From contig QGUS02000001.1 in the NCBI GenBank assembly GCA_003242515.2, positions 12,853 through 76,852 of the forward strand: a stretch of DNA of 64,000 bases, in the 5' to 3' direction. Below the pieces are notes generated by a model, which was not told where the DNA came from, made no database searches, and worked only from the letters and a program-made list of their open reading frames with translations. Source of the DNA: Actinomycetes bacterium. GTDB taxonomy: Bacteria > Actinomycetota > Acidimicrobiia > Spongiisociales > ZC4RG35. This document shows, piece by piece, positions 1-8,697 of this stretch (positions are counted from its first letter, which is position 1; each line of letters begins with the position of its first letter). The translations under genes were made by a program, and so were the position numbers.

Positions 1-175
1 CCTCCTGGTCCATCGCCTCGTCGACGCTGTTGCGGACCGCGGCGCCCAGGTAGGCGCGCTGGATGAGGAGGGCGGTGACGAGGGCGAATGCGAGCAACCC
101 CACGTACCACCCGAGGATGCGCCAGCGGGTGGATCCGAGACGGCGGCGGTGCTCCCGGGTCGCGATGATCCTCAG
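1..175 (-). CDS. Probable two-component sensor histidine kinase, N-terminal part (runs off the window start)
   Basis: Manual minus-strand translation IIATREHRRRLGSTRWRILGWYVGLLAFALVTALLIQRAYLGAAVRNSVDEAMDQE: basic N-terminus, TM helix and 'DEAMDQE', typical of HAMP-type sensor kinase N-termini. Start codon uncertain (CTG 175 or ATC 169/166). Confidence 0.55.
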   Translation of the reverse strand, partial: MRIIATREHRRRLGSTRWRILGWYVGLLAFALVTALLIQRAYLGAAVRNSVDEAMDQE

Positions 176-196
176 GCTACGTCGCCGACGGTTCCC

Positions 197-574
197 TCAG
201 GGGGTGTCGGGGCTCTCCGGGGTCCGCGGGGTGTCCGGCGTGCGCGGCGTGTCTGGCGTGGTCGGCGTCGTGGGGCTCGCCGTCGTCGGGCCGGGATTGC
301 CCTGGCCGACGGTCGTCGTCGGCCCGTCGTCGAACGGCGAGTCGGTGGCGATGTCCGCCGTGTCGAAGGTGACACCCGGCGTGGTCGTGACGACGGTCTC
401 GGCGACCGTGGTGGCGGTCGTGATGGTCGTCCGGTCCTCGAGGTTGATCGGCTCGGGCTCCCGCGCGGCTTCACCCGGGTCGGCCAGCGCCAACCCGGTG
501 AGGCCGATGGCGGACACCGCGGTCACGGCGGCCGCCACCTTCCAGTTCCTGCGCACCTGATCCTTCAGCTGCAT
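197..574 (-). CDS. Secreted Thr/Pro-rich repeat peptide (paralog 2)
   Basis: GGAGG RBS; signal peptide (RRNWKVAAAVTAVSAIGLTGLALA); C-terminal 9 x-(S/T)-P units ending SPDTP; paralogous to 594..1061. Confidence 0.85.
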   Translation of the reverse strand: MQLKDQVRRNWKVAAAVTAVSAIGLTGLALADPGEAAREPEPINLEDRTTITTATTVAETVVTTTPGVTFDTADIATDSPFDDGPTTTVGQGNPGPTTASPTTPTTPDTPRTPDTPRTPESPDTP

Positions 575-593
575 CCGTCCCTCCCGATTCCGG

Positions 594-1061
594 TCACGGG
601 GTGTCGGGGCTGAGGGGCGAGACCGGCGACACCGGGGAAGCCGGCGAGACGGGTGACACCGGCGAGTCCGGGGACGCCGGCGAGGCCGGTGACGCAGGGG
701 AGTCCGGCGTCGGCGGGGTCTGCGGACTGTCCGGGGTGGGCTGGGTCACCGTGTCGAGGGTGTCGAACGGCGTGTGGGTCGGGGTGGGGTCGAGGCTCCC
801 GAAGCTGACGCCCGGGACCGAGACCGCCGTGGTCGCCGAGCTGCCTCGCTCGACGGTGGTCACGGTCGACCCGCTGGCGGTGCTGGACGGGCTGCTCGAG
901 CCCGTCGAGGTGATGGTGGTCCGATCGTCGAGGTCGATCGGGTTGGTGTCCTCCGATCCGCCGACCCCTGCGGCGGCGATCCCGTTGGCGCCGATCGCCG
1001 CCAGAGCGGTGGCCGCGGCGACGACCTTCCACGTCTTCGAAGCCTGGTCCTTGAGCTGCAT
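594..1061 (-). CDS. Secreted Ser/Thr/Pro-rich repeat peptide (paralog 1)
   Basis: AAGGAG RBS; same MQLKDQ start and signal-like segment; C-terminal 16 x-(S/T)-P units ending SPDTP. Confidence 0.85.
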   Translation of the reverse strand: MQLKDQASKTWKVVAAATALAAIGANGIAAAGVGGSEDTNPIDLDDRTTITSTGSSSPSSTASGSTVTTVERGSSATTAVSVPGVSFGSLDPTPTHTPFDTLDTVTQPTPDSPQTPPTPDSPASPASPASPDSPVSPVSPASPVSPVSPLSPDTP

Positions 1062-1099
1062 GGAAGTCTCCTTCTCGCGTGTCGTACGAGGTGAGTGTC

Positions 1100-1147
1100 G
1101 GAGACGGGGGTGAGATGATCCTGAGAGGGAGATGAGAGTTCTCTCAT
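1100..1147 (-). promoter_or_regulatory. Tandem OmpR/PhoB-family (MprA-box-like) response regulator sites
   Basis: TGAGA at 1111, 1122, 1133 (GGAGA at 1100), exact 11-bp period, reading TCTCA(G) on the minus strand; palindrome ATGAGAG-TT-CTCTCAT at 1132-1147. Confidence 0.65.
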
Positions 1148-2355
1148 CCGACGCGCCGGGCCGACTCGGCCCAGGACTCGGCGATGGCGATCCTGGCCTC
1201 CACCTCCCGGGGCCAGTCGGGTGACTGGACCCGGAACGGCCCGGTGGCGAGCAGGATCGACATGGCGGCCGCCCGGCGCCGCAGGTCGGCGGGGTCGACG
1301 ACCTGATCCCAAGTCCGGATCAGCGCCGACCCGTACTCCCGGACCCGTTGCGGCTGGGGGCTGATCGGTCCCCAGACGGAGAGGTGGGCGAGCATGGTCG
1401 ACGGGTCGTCCCCGGCCCTCCCCAGGCCGTAGGTGTCGACGTCGAGGATGCCGACGATCCGGCCGTCCTCGACCATCAGCTGCGCCTCGTAGTAGTCGCC
1501 GTGGACCGGACGGTCGGCGGGGTGCGTCTCCGGTCCGATGCTCTCGGCCAGGGCGTCGAGCCGGTCGGAGAGCTCCGGGCACAGCGCCTCCGCCATCGGG
1601 ATGGCCTGCAGGGCGCGGTCGAGCGGGGAGTGGCTCTCCTCCAGGCCGTCGGGGCGGGGCAGGCCGGCGATCATCGACGCCACCTCGGCCGGGTCGGGCA
1701 CCGGGAGCGCGGGGTCCGCCATGGCGTCACGCAGGGTGATGCCCGGCAGGGCCTGGAGGACGACCAGGCCGAGGCGGTCGTCGTAGCCGAGGCTCGGTGG
1801 CACGGGGAGGAGGTCGGCGAGGGTGCGGTGGATCCGGTGCAGCTTCTCGATGGCCTTCGGACGCACCACCTTGAAGAACAGGCGATGCTCCGGGCCCCTG
1901 ACCTCGACGACGGCCCGGCGGCCCGGGCGGTAGGCGCGGAGCCGGGTGCTCGTCGGGCCCGGGGTACCGCCCAGGTCGGCGATGACCCGTTCGGCCGCCT
2001 TCGCGTCGATGGCGGAGGGCAGTCCGGGTAGCGCGGGGTCGTGGGGGAACCTCCACACTCCGACCCGGCCGCCGTCGGGGTCCTCCACGACCATCGCCCC
2101 GTCGGGGATACGCCCTGCGGCGGCGATGAAGTGCTGCGTCCCTTCGAGCGGCCCGCCCGACACCTCGACGACGTACCGGACCGTCACGCTCGAGCCCATC
2201 TGCCACGACACCTGCTCGGCGCGCGAGGACACCAGCGAGCCGCCCGCAGCCTCGACGGCCGCGACCAGGGGCGGTGGCGGATCCAGGCCCAGCAGCACGG
2301 CGAGCTCGGGGATCTCCGGGTCGGTGAGCGTCGCGGTCCGGGGGTGAACGGGCAA
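1144..2355 (-). CDS. Aminoglycoside phosphotransferase (APH/choline kinase)-like kinase
   Basis: Catalytic loop VHGDYYEAQL, metal-binding ILDVD, N-lobe YRPGRRAVV...FFKV; probable TTG start at 2355, 2 nt after the secDF stop. Confidence 0.8.
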   Translation of the reverse strand: MPVHPRTATLTDPEIPELAVLLGLDPPPPLVAAVEAAGGSLVSSRAEQVSWQMGSSVTVRYVVEVSGGPLEGTQHFIAAAGRIPDGAMVVEDPDGGRVGVWRFPHDPALPGLPSAIDAKAAERVIADLGGTPGPTSTRLRAYRPGRRAVVEVRGPEHRLFFKVVRPKAIEKLHRIHRTLADLLPVPPSLGYDDRLGLVVLQALPGITLRDAMADPALPVPDPAEVASMIAGLPRPDGLEESHSPLDRALQAIPMAEALCPELSDRLDALAESIGPETHPADRPVHGDYYEAQLMVEDGRIVGILDVDTYGLGRAGDDPSTMLAHLSVWGPISPQPQRVREYGSALIRTWDQVVDPADLRRRAAAMSILLATGPFRVQSPDWPREVEARIAIAESWAESARRVG

Positions 2356-2357
2356 CG

Positions 2358-4622
2358 TCAGCCCCGGTAGACCCGCGGCTTCTGCTCCGGCTCCGGCTCG
2401 ACGACGGGAGCGGGGAACCGCTCCTCGAGGGCGAGGTAGATCGGCGACGCCGAGAGGATCGACGAGTAGGTGCCGGCGATGGTGCCGATGATCAGCGCCA
2501 GGGCGAAATCGCCGAGGGTGTCGCCGCCCAGCAACCAGAGGGCGAACAGGATGAACAGGGCGCCCATGCCGGTGTTGATCGTCCTGGGGATGGTCTGCAG
2601 GGCGGAGTCGTTGACGACCTCCGGCAGCGGGTCCTCCGGCCGAAGCTTCCGCTGCTCCCGGATGCGGTCGAAGATCACCACCGAGTCGTTCACCGAGTAG
2701 CCGATCACCGTGAGCAGGGCGGCGAGGAAGACGCCGTCGTAGGTCTTGCCCATCCAGGCGAACAGCCCGATCAGGACCGCCAGGTCGTGGGCCATGGCGA
2801 GCACCGCAGCGAGGCCCATCGTCCAACGGAACCGGATGGCCAGGTAGATCAGCTGCACGCCCAGGGCGATGGCCAGGGCGACCAGGGCCTTGTTGCGCAG
2901 CTCGGCGCCGATGGTCGGACCGACGAACTGGGAGCGGACCCGCTCGGACTCACCGGCCACCTCGGCCACCTTGGCGTCGACTTCCTCCTGGCGCTCCTGC
3001 GGGAGGTTCTCGGTGCGGATGATGAGGTTGCCCTCACCGGAGGTCTGCACGACGGCGCGGGGGAGGCCGATGTCGGCCATCGCGGCCCTGACCTCCTCGA
3101 CGTCCACGGTCTGCGCGACGTCGTACTCGAGGAGCAGGCCGCCGGAGAACTCCACGCCGAAGCTGGTGCCCCGGACGAACAGCCCCGCCAGCGAGAGGAC
3201 CATCACCGCGGCCGTGGCGCCGATCAGCATCCCGGTGCGGCCGGTCAGGTTCGGCCTGGTCTCGGCGAGCCGGTCGCGGAACCTCCGGCCCACCTCGAGG
3301 CCGAGCAAGCCCGGCCGGGAAGAGATAGCGTCGCTCCGGGTGAACAAGTCGACGAGCACCCGGGTGAACACGAGGGCGGTGAACATCGACACCGCGACAC
3401 CGATGGTCAGGGTGACTCCGAACCCGCGCACCGAGCCGGTGGCGAAGAAGAACAGGAGGATGGCGGCGAGCAGCGTGGTGATGTTGGAGTCGGCGATGGC
3501 GGTGAAGGCCCGCTTGAAACCGGCGAACGCGGCGTCCCGGACCGTGGCTCCTGCCTCGTGCTCCTCCTTCATCCGCTCGTAGATGAGGACGTTGGCGTCC
3601 ACCGCCATGCCCACGGCGAGGACGAAACCGGCGATGCCGGGCAGGGTGATCGTGGCGCCGAACCAGAGCAGCACCCCCGCCGACAGCAACGCGTAGACGA
3701 TCAGGGAGATCGCGGCGGTGACCCCGAGCAGGCGGTAGTAGGCGATCATGTAGAGCAGGGTCAGCCCGGCGCCGATCAGCGCCGCCTCGATGCTCGCCGC
3801 GATGGCGGTCTCGCCCAGGGTCGGGCCGATGGTGCCCTGCTCCACGATCTCGATCGGCACGGGCAGGGCGCCGGCCTGGATCAGCAGGGCCAGGTCGGCG
3901 GCGGACTCCTCGTCGAAGTTGCCGGTGATGATCGTCGTGCCGCCGGTGATTCCGGTGGCGCAGGGGACGTTGGTCGAGACCTGCGGGCTGGTGATCACCT
4001 GGTCGTCGAGGAGGATGGCGATGCGGCGCTTCGGCGACCCGAACGACTCACACGCTGCCTCGCGGGTGAGGTCCGCCCACTTCTGCTCGCCCTCGCTCTG
4101 GAAGTTGACCTGGACCACCCACACGCCGCTGATGGTCCCGCTCGTCTCGAACAGCGGGATGGCGTCCTTCACGTCCTCGCCGGTGAGGCGGGCTGGCCCG
4201 ATGACGATGGGCAGGCCATCCTCGTCGTCGACCACCGTGCCCCCCTCCGGGGCCTCCTCGCCCTGGGCGACGGTGTCCAGGACCGGGTGGAAGGTGAGCT
4301 GGGCGGTCTGCCCGATGACCTCGATGGCCTCCTGCGGGTCGGAGACGTCCGGGAGCTCGACGATGATGCGGCGGTCGCCGGACGCCTGGATGTTCGGCTC
4401 CACCGTGCCCATGGCGTCGACGCGGCGGCGGAGCACCTCGACGGTCCGCTGCACGACCTGGGAGTCGACCGTGACGGTCTCGGTGTCCTGGGCCTCGTAG
4501 ACGATCTGGGTCCCGCCCCGCAGGTCGAGGCCGAGCCTGGGCTGGGTGTTGCCTAGATAGGCCGAGCCGGCGATGACCACGATCGACATGAACAGCCGCC
4601 AGCCGAACCCTTTGGACAGCAT
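2358..4622 (-). CDS. secDF: Fused protein translocase subunit SecDF
   Basis: LGLDLRGG, LRRRVDAMG, GPTLG, GMAVDANVLIYER, FGVEFSGG, GYSVNDSVVIFDRIRE motifs; SecD and SecF halves in one ORF. Confidence 0.95.
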   Translation of the reverse strand: MLSKGFGWRLFMSIVVIAGSAYLGNTQPRLGLDLRGGTQIVYEAQDTETVTVDSQVVQRTVEVLRRRVDAMGTVEPNIQASGDRRIIVELPDVSDPQEAIEVIGQTAQLTFHPVLDTVAQGEEAPEGGTVVDDEDGLPIVIGPARLTGEDVKDAIPLFETSGTISGVWVVQVNFQSEGEQKWADLTREAACESFGSPKRRIAILLDDQVITSPQVSTNVPCATGITGGTTIITGNFDEESAADLALLIQAGALPVPIEIVEQGTIGPTLGETAIAASIEAALIGAGLTLLYMIAYYRLLGVTAAISLIVYALLSAGVLLWFGATITLPGIAGFVLAVGMAVDANVLIYERMKEEHEAGATVRDAAFAGFKRAFTAIADSNITTLLAAILLFFFATGSVRGFGVTLTIGVAVSMFTALVFTRVLVDLFTRSDAISSRPGLLGLEVGRRFRDRLAETRPNLTGRTGMLIGATAAVMVLSLAGLFVRGTSFGVEFSGGLLLEYDVAQTVDVEEVRAAMADIGLPRAVVQTSGEGNLIIRTENLPQERQEEVDAKVAEVAGESERVRSQFVGPTIGAELRNKALVALAIALGVQLIYLAIRFRWTMGLAAVLAMAHDLAVLIGLFAWMGKTYDGVFLAALLTVIGYSVNDSVVIFDRIREQRKLRPEDPLPEVVNDSALQTIPRTINTGMGALFILFALWLLGGDTLGDFALALIIGTIAGTYSSILSASPIYLALEERFPAPVVEPEPEQKPRVYRG

Positions 4623-4707
4623 CCGTTGATCCTTCGTTGAAACCAACAGGGCACGTTAACCGCGCGCCGGAATCACACCTGCACGGTGCGATCGCGGCGG
4701 TGCCGGT

Positions 4708-5091
<384 letters not shown>

Positions 5092-5175
5092 CTTCTCTCT
5101 CCTTGGGGTGGTGGCCACCGACACTACCCTCCGGAGACGTCCCGGGTCCGCACCCGGGGCCCTGGAGGTGGTTCG

Positions 5176-6354
5176 GTGACGGCCAGACGGCAGGGGTCGG
5201 AGGGACGCGTCGAGGCGTCCCATCGCATCGCCGCTGCCGCATTCCGTCTCGCCGGGGTGTTCGCCGTGGTGGCGGCCGTCTGGGCGGTGGTCGCGGCCAC
5301 CCGTGGCGGCAGCTGGTGGGGGCCGCTCCACTCGTTCCTCCTGGGGACGGTGCTCTTCGCCATCGCCGGCGCCTCGCAGATGTTCACCCTCACCTGGGCC
5401 GCGGCACCGCCTCCGAAGGCCTCCCTGCCCGCCGCGCAGCGGCGAGTCCTCCTCGCCGGGGTGGTGCTGGTGCTCTGGGGCGTGGGCACCGGGACCCGGT
5501 GGGTCGGCGGCCTGGGCGCGGCGGCCGTCACCGGCGGCCTCGGGCTCCTCGCCTGGTCGCTGGTGTCGTCGATACGCCGCAGCCTGCTCCGAAGGTTCGA
5601 CCTCGCCACCCGCTACTACCTGCTGGCGATCGGTTGCGGGGTCGTGGGTGTGGGGCTCGGGGCGCTGATGGCCCTGGGCCTGGCCGGCGGGTCGTTCCTC
5701 GACGTCCGGACCTCCCATGCCCGGCTCAACCTGGTCGGCCTCGTGGGGATGACCATCGTCGGGACCATCCCCACGCTCATGCCCACCTTCGTCCCCACGA
5801 AGGCGGTTTCCGGGACCGAGGTCCGCTTGGCCTTGTGGGTGGGTCTGGCGGGCATGGTCGCCATCGCCGCGGGTGCCGCCGCCGGCGGGGCGGTGACCGG
5901 CGCCGGCGTCCTCCTCGCGGCCGCCGCGGCAGCCGTCGTCCTCGTCGGCATCGTCGGGCGGATCGGCCGCAAGGCCATGAAGGCAGGGCTGACCTACCTG
6001 CATGTGGGCCTCGGTGTCGCCTGGCTGGTGGCGTGGGCAGCCGTCGACGGGGTGCGTCTCATCGGCGGGTCGGACACCACGCCCTGGTCCGGGTGGGTCG
6101 CCGCGGCTGCCGTCGCCGGGGTGGGTCAGGTGCTGCTCGGGTCGCTCGCCTACCTGATCCCCGTTCTGGCGGGCAGGCCGCCCCGTCTGGGCAGGAACCT
6201 GGCCCGCATGAAGGCGAGGCCCTGGCTGCCGCTCCTGCTGGCGAACCTGGCCGGGATCCTCCTCGTGGCCGAGAATGGCCTGGCTACCTTCGCCGTGGCC
6301 GCCTGGGTGGTGGACTTCGCGGCGAGACTGGCGATCCTGGAATGGAGGGACTGA
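5176..6354 (+). CDS. Polytopic membrane protein with conserved His residues (NnrS / heme-copper-oxidase-like membrane domain)
   Basis: About 12 hydrophobic helices; WWGPLHSFLLG and HARLNLVGLVGMTIVGT resemble membrane domains found with actinobacterial copper nitrite reductases (recognised from memory). Confidence 0.55.
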   Translation: MTARRQGSEGRVEASHRIAAAAFRLAGVFAVVAAVWAVVAATRGGSWWGPLHSFLLGTVLFAIAGASQMFTLTWAAAPPPKASLPAAQRRVLLAGVVLVLWGVGTGTRWVGGLGAAAVTGGLGLLAWSLVSSIRRSLLRRFDLATRYYLLAIGCGVVGVGLGALMALGLAGGSFLDVRTSHARLNLVGLVGMTIVGTIPTLMPTFVPTKAVSGTEVRLALWVGLAGMVAIAAGAAAGGAVTGAGVLLAAAAAAVVLVGIVGRIGRKAMKAGLTYLHVGLGVAWLVAWAAVDGVRLIGGSDTTPWSGWVAAAAVAGVGQVLLGSLAYLIPVLAGRPPRLGRNLARMKARPWLPLLLANLAGILLVAENGLATFAVAAWVVDFAARLAILEWRD

Positions 6355-7691
6355 TGCGGTTCGACGACGGGACCCGGGACGTCCCCGGTGGCCTCTCCGG
6401 CCGCCCCGAGCGTGTCGTGATCATCGGGGCCGGCATGGCCGGCCTGGCCGCGGCCAACGCGCTGGCCACGGCGGGCGTGGAGTGTGTGGTGCTGGAGGCG
6501 AGGGACCGCGTCGGCGGCCGTCTCCACACCGTCGAGCTGGGTGGCGGCACCGTGGACCTGGGGGGCGCCTGGATCCACCACCCGGTGGGCAACCCCATGA
6601 CCCTCATCGCCGAGCAGCTCGGCGTGCCCCGGGTGTCGGCCGACTTCCGCCCCGACGCCGTCTTCGTCGACCCGGGCGACGGGACGGTGGTCGAGGTCGA
6701 TGACGCCGAGATGACCGAGGTGGAGGCCGGGTTCTACGAGGCCCTCGATCGGTACATCGCCGAGATGGGTCCGGACGCCAGCCTCGAGGACGCGGCCCGC
6801 AGGTTCTTCGAGGAGATCGGGGCCAGCGACTGGCAGCGGGTGTTCATCCGCATCTTCTCCGAGGCCGAGGCGGCGGCGCCGATGAGCCTCGTCTCGCTGC
6901 CCGGGTTCCCGCCCGGGGACTACGAGTACGGAGGGTCGGGGATCGGCGACTTCCCGGTCGGCGGCTACCGGAGGATCGTCAACGGTCTGCTCCATGGCTT
7001 CGAGGTGCGGACCTCCACACCCGTGGAGTCCGTGCGCTGGGACGCGGGCGGGGTCGAGGTGAGGCTCGCGGACGGGACCACCGAGCAGGGCTCCCATGTC
7101 GTCGTGACCGTCCCGCTCGGTGTGCTCAAGGCCGGGTCGATCCGGTTCGACTCGGGTCTCCCCGACGACAAGATCGCCGCCATCGCGCGGATCGGGTTCG
7201 GCAGGTTCGAGAAGGTGGCGCTCGGCTTCGACCGTCCGGCCGGAGCGGCGAAGCCCCACCTGTATCCGATGGCCGAGACGGACCTGCGTGCGATGCTCAA
7301 CCTGGAGCGGATCACCGGCAACGAGGCGGTGGTGGCCACGGCGTTCGGATCGTCGGCCGACCTGATCGCAGGGCGTGACCCGGACGAGGCCGCGGAGCAC
7401 GCACTGGGGCACTTGCGCCGGGCGTGGGGCGACGTGCCCGACCCGGTCGAGGTGAGGGTCACCTCGTGGAGCAGCGACCCGTACTCCCTGGGCGCCTACT
7501 CGTATCTGGCGGTGGGCTCGACCCGGGAGGACATCGACCGGCTGGCCGCCCCGGTCGACGGCAGGGTGCTGTTCGCAGGGGAGGCCACCTCGTCGCCGCG
7601 GATGGGCTACGCCGACGGAGCGTTCTCCACGGGGATCCGCGAGGCCAAGCGTCTCCTCGGCGTCCCCGAGGTCGAGATCACGGTCGGGTAG
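6354..7691 (+). CDS. Flavin monoamine/polyamine oxidase family protein
   Basis: IIGAGMAGLAAA, LEARDRVGGR, DLGGAWIH, WSSDPYSLGAYS, LFAGEAT; ATG overlaps the upstream TGA. Confidence 0.92.
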   Translation: MRFDDGTRDVPGGLSGRPERVVIIGAGMAGLAAANALATAGVECVVLEARDRVGGRLHTVELGGGTVDLGGAWIHHPVGNPMTLIAEQLGVPRVSADFRPDAVFVDPGDGTVVEVDDAEMTEVEAGFYEALDRYIAEMGPDASLEDAARRFFEEIGASDWQRVFIRIFSEAEAAAPMSLVSLPGFPPGDYEYGGSGIGDFPVGGYRRIVNGLLHGFEVRTSTPVESVRWDAGGVEVRLADGTTEQGSHVVVTVPLGVLKAGSIRFDSGLPDDKIAAIARIGFGRFEKVALGFDRPAGAAKPHLYPMAETDLRAMLNLERITGNEAVVATAFGSSADLIAGRDPDEAAEHALGHLRRAWGDVPDPVEVRVTSWSSDPYSLGAYSYLAVGSTREDIDRLAAPVDGRVLFAGEATSSPRMGYADGAFSTGIREAKRLLGVPEVEITVG

Positions 7692-7767
7692 CTCCCGTCT
7701 GGGAACAGCGCTCCGGGGGCCACTAACATGACCGACGGTCCCGTCACCACCTGACTACGACCTGACT

Positions 7768-7841
<74 letters not shown>

Positions 7842-7850
7842 CCCAATAAT

Positions 7851-8050
7851 GACGGGGGTTCTCGGGGAATAGCCCTTCTCCGAATACCCCGTCTTCCCTT
7901 GTGCTTTCCCTTGTTGGCGGGGGTTCTTGACCCAGTCAGGGCGTCGAGGTCCTCGTCGGAGAATGTTTCCTCGGAGTCCGGCGATCCCGGGTTGGCAACG
8001 ACGTAGTCCTCGATCGCCTGGAGAATGCGGCGGACCTTCTTGAACCGGAG
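7851..8050. other. Possible decayed integrative-element scar 3' of tRNA-Arg
   Basis: Imperfect hairpin GACGGGG...CCCCGTC (7851-7893); direct repeat TTCCCTTGT at 7894 and 7906; orphan minus-strand coding-like fragment RFKKVRRILQAIEDYVVANP. Confidence 0.35.
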
Positions 8051-8184
8051 ACGAGCTTCTCTACGCTCACATTCGGAACCTCCAGGCTTGGACGGCCGGG
8101 ATCCTGGCCGGGGGAGGACCTTGGCCTCCGCGTCGACGTCGGCTTCCGCTGGCGGTAGGCCGGCGACCCCTTAGCCTTCAGCGG

Positions 8185-8697
8185 GTGACCATCCACGACG
8201 AGCACCCGTTCATGCCCGACCCCGAGGACCGCGACCCGGTTCGCCGCTTCCGGGGGAGGCTGGCGATGCCGGTCACGATCGTGACCTCGGGGCCCCCCGG
8301 TTCCAGGGCCGGTCTCACCGTCTCCTCGGTCCTGGTGATGGAGGGAGACCCCGGCGAGGTCCTGCTGCTCATCAACCCCAACACCGACCTGTGGGACGCC
8401 GTCGCCGACACCGGCAGGCTGGTCGTCCACGTCTGCTCGTCCGAGCACCGCAGGCTCGCCGAGGTGTTCGCAGGGCGGGAGCCCCGTCCGGGCGGGATGT
8501 TCGCCGGGCTGGCCGTCACCGACGGCGAGTGGGGGCCGGTGCTCGACGGCCTTTCCAACCGCATCCACGCCACCGTCACCGCGACCGACCCGGCCGGATG
8601 GTCGGGGATGGTTCGCGGGCGGGTCGACCGGGTCGAGGTGGGCGGGATGGAGGACCCGCTGCTCTACTTCCGGGGCCGCTACCGGACCCTGGGTTGA
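8185..8697 (+). CDS. Flavin reductase family protein
   Basis: RRFRGRLAMPVTIVTS...GLTVSS, C-terminal PLLYFRGRY. Confidence 0.9.
   Translation: MTIHDEHPFMPDPEDRDPVRRFRGRLAMPVTIVTSGPPGSRAGLTVSSVLVMEGDPGEVLLLINPNTDLWDAVADTGRLVVHVCSSEHRRLAEVFAGREPRPGGMFAGLAVTDGEWGPVLDGLSNRIHATVTATDPAGWSGMVRGRVDRVEVGGMEDPLLYFRGRYRTLG

Noticed and set aside
200-745. 9-bp tandem repeats as a possible CRISPR or VNTR element
   Set aside because: The units are degenerate coding triplets without spacers, and there are no cas genes.
63-1113. Plus-strand ORFs with GVS/GET repeats (63..560, 601..1113) that look collagen-like
   Set aside because: They are antisense shadows of the x-(S/T)-P peptide genes, which have RBSs, signal peptides and paralogy.
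1144-2355. Aminoglycoside resistance gene
   Set aside because: Only fold-level motifs match; the size, extra N-terminal domain and context differ from true APH enzymes.
2356-2826. Long N-terminal extension of the kinase ORF (560-aa call)
   Set aside because: It overlaps secDF in another frame and is Arg/Pro-rich noise; the real start is near 2355.
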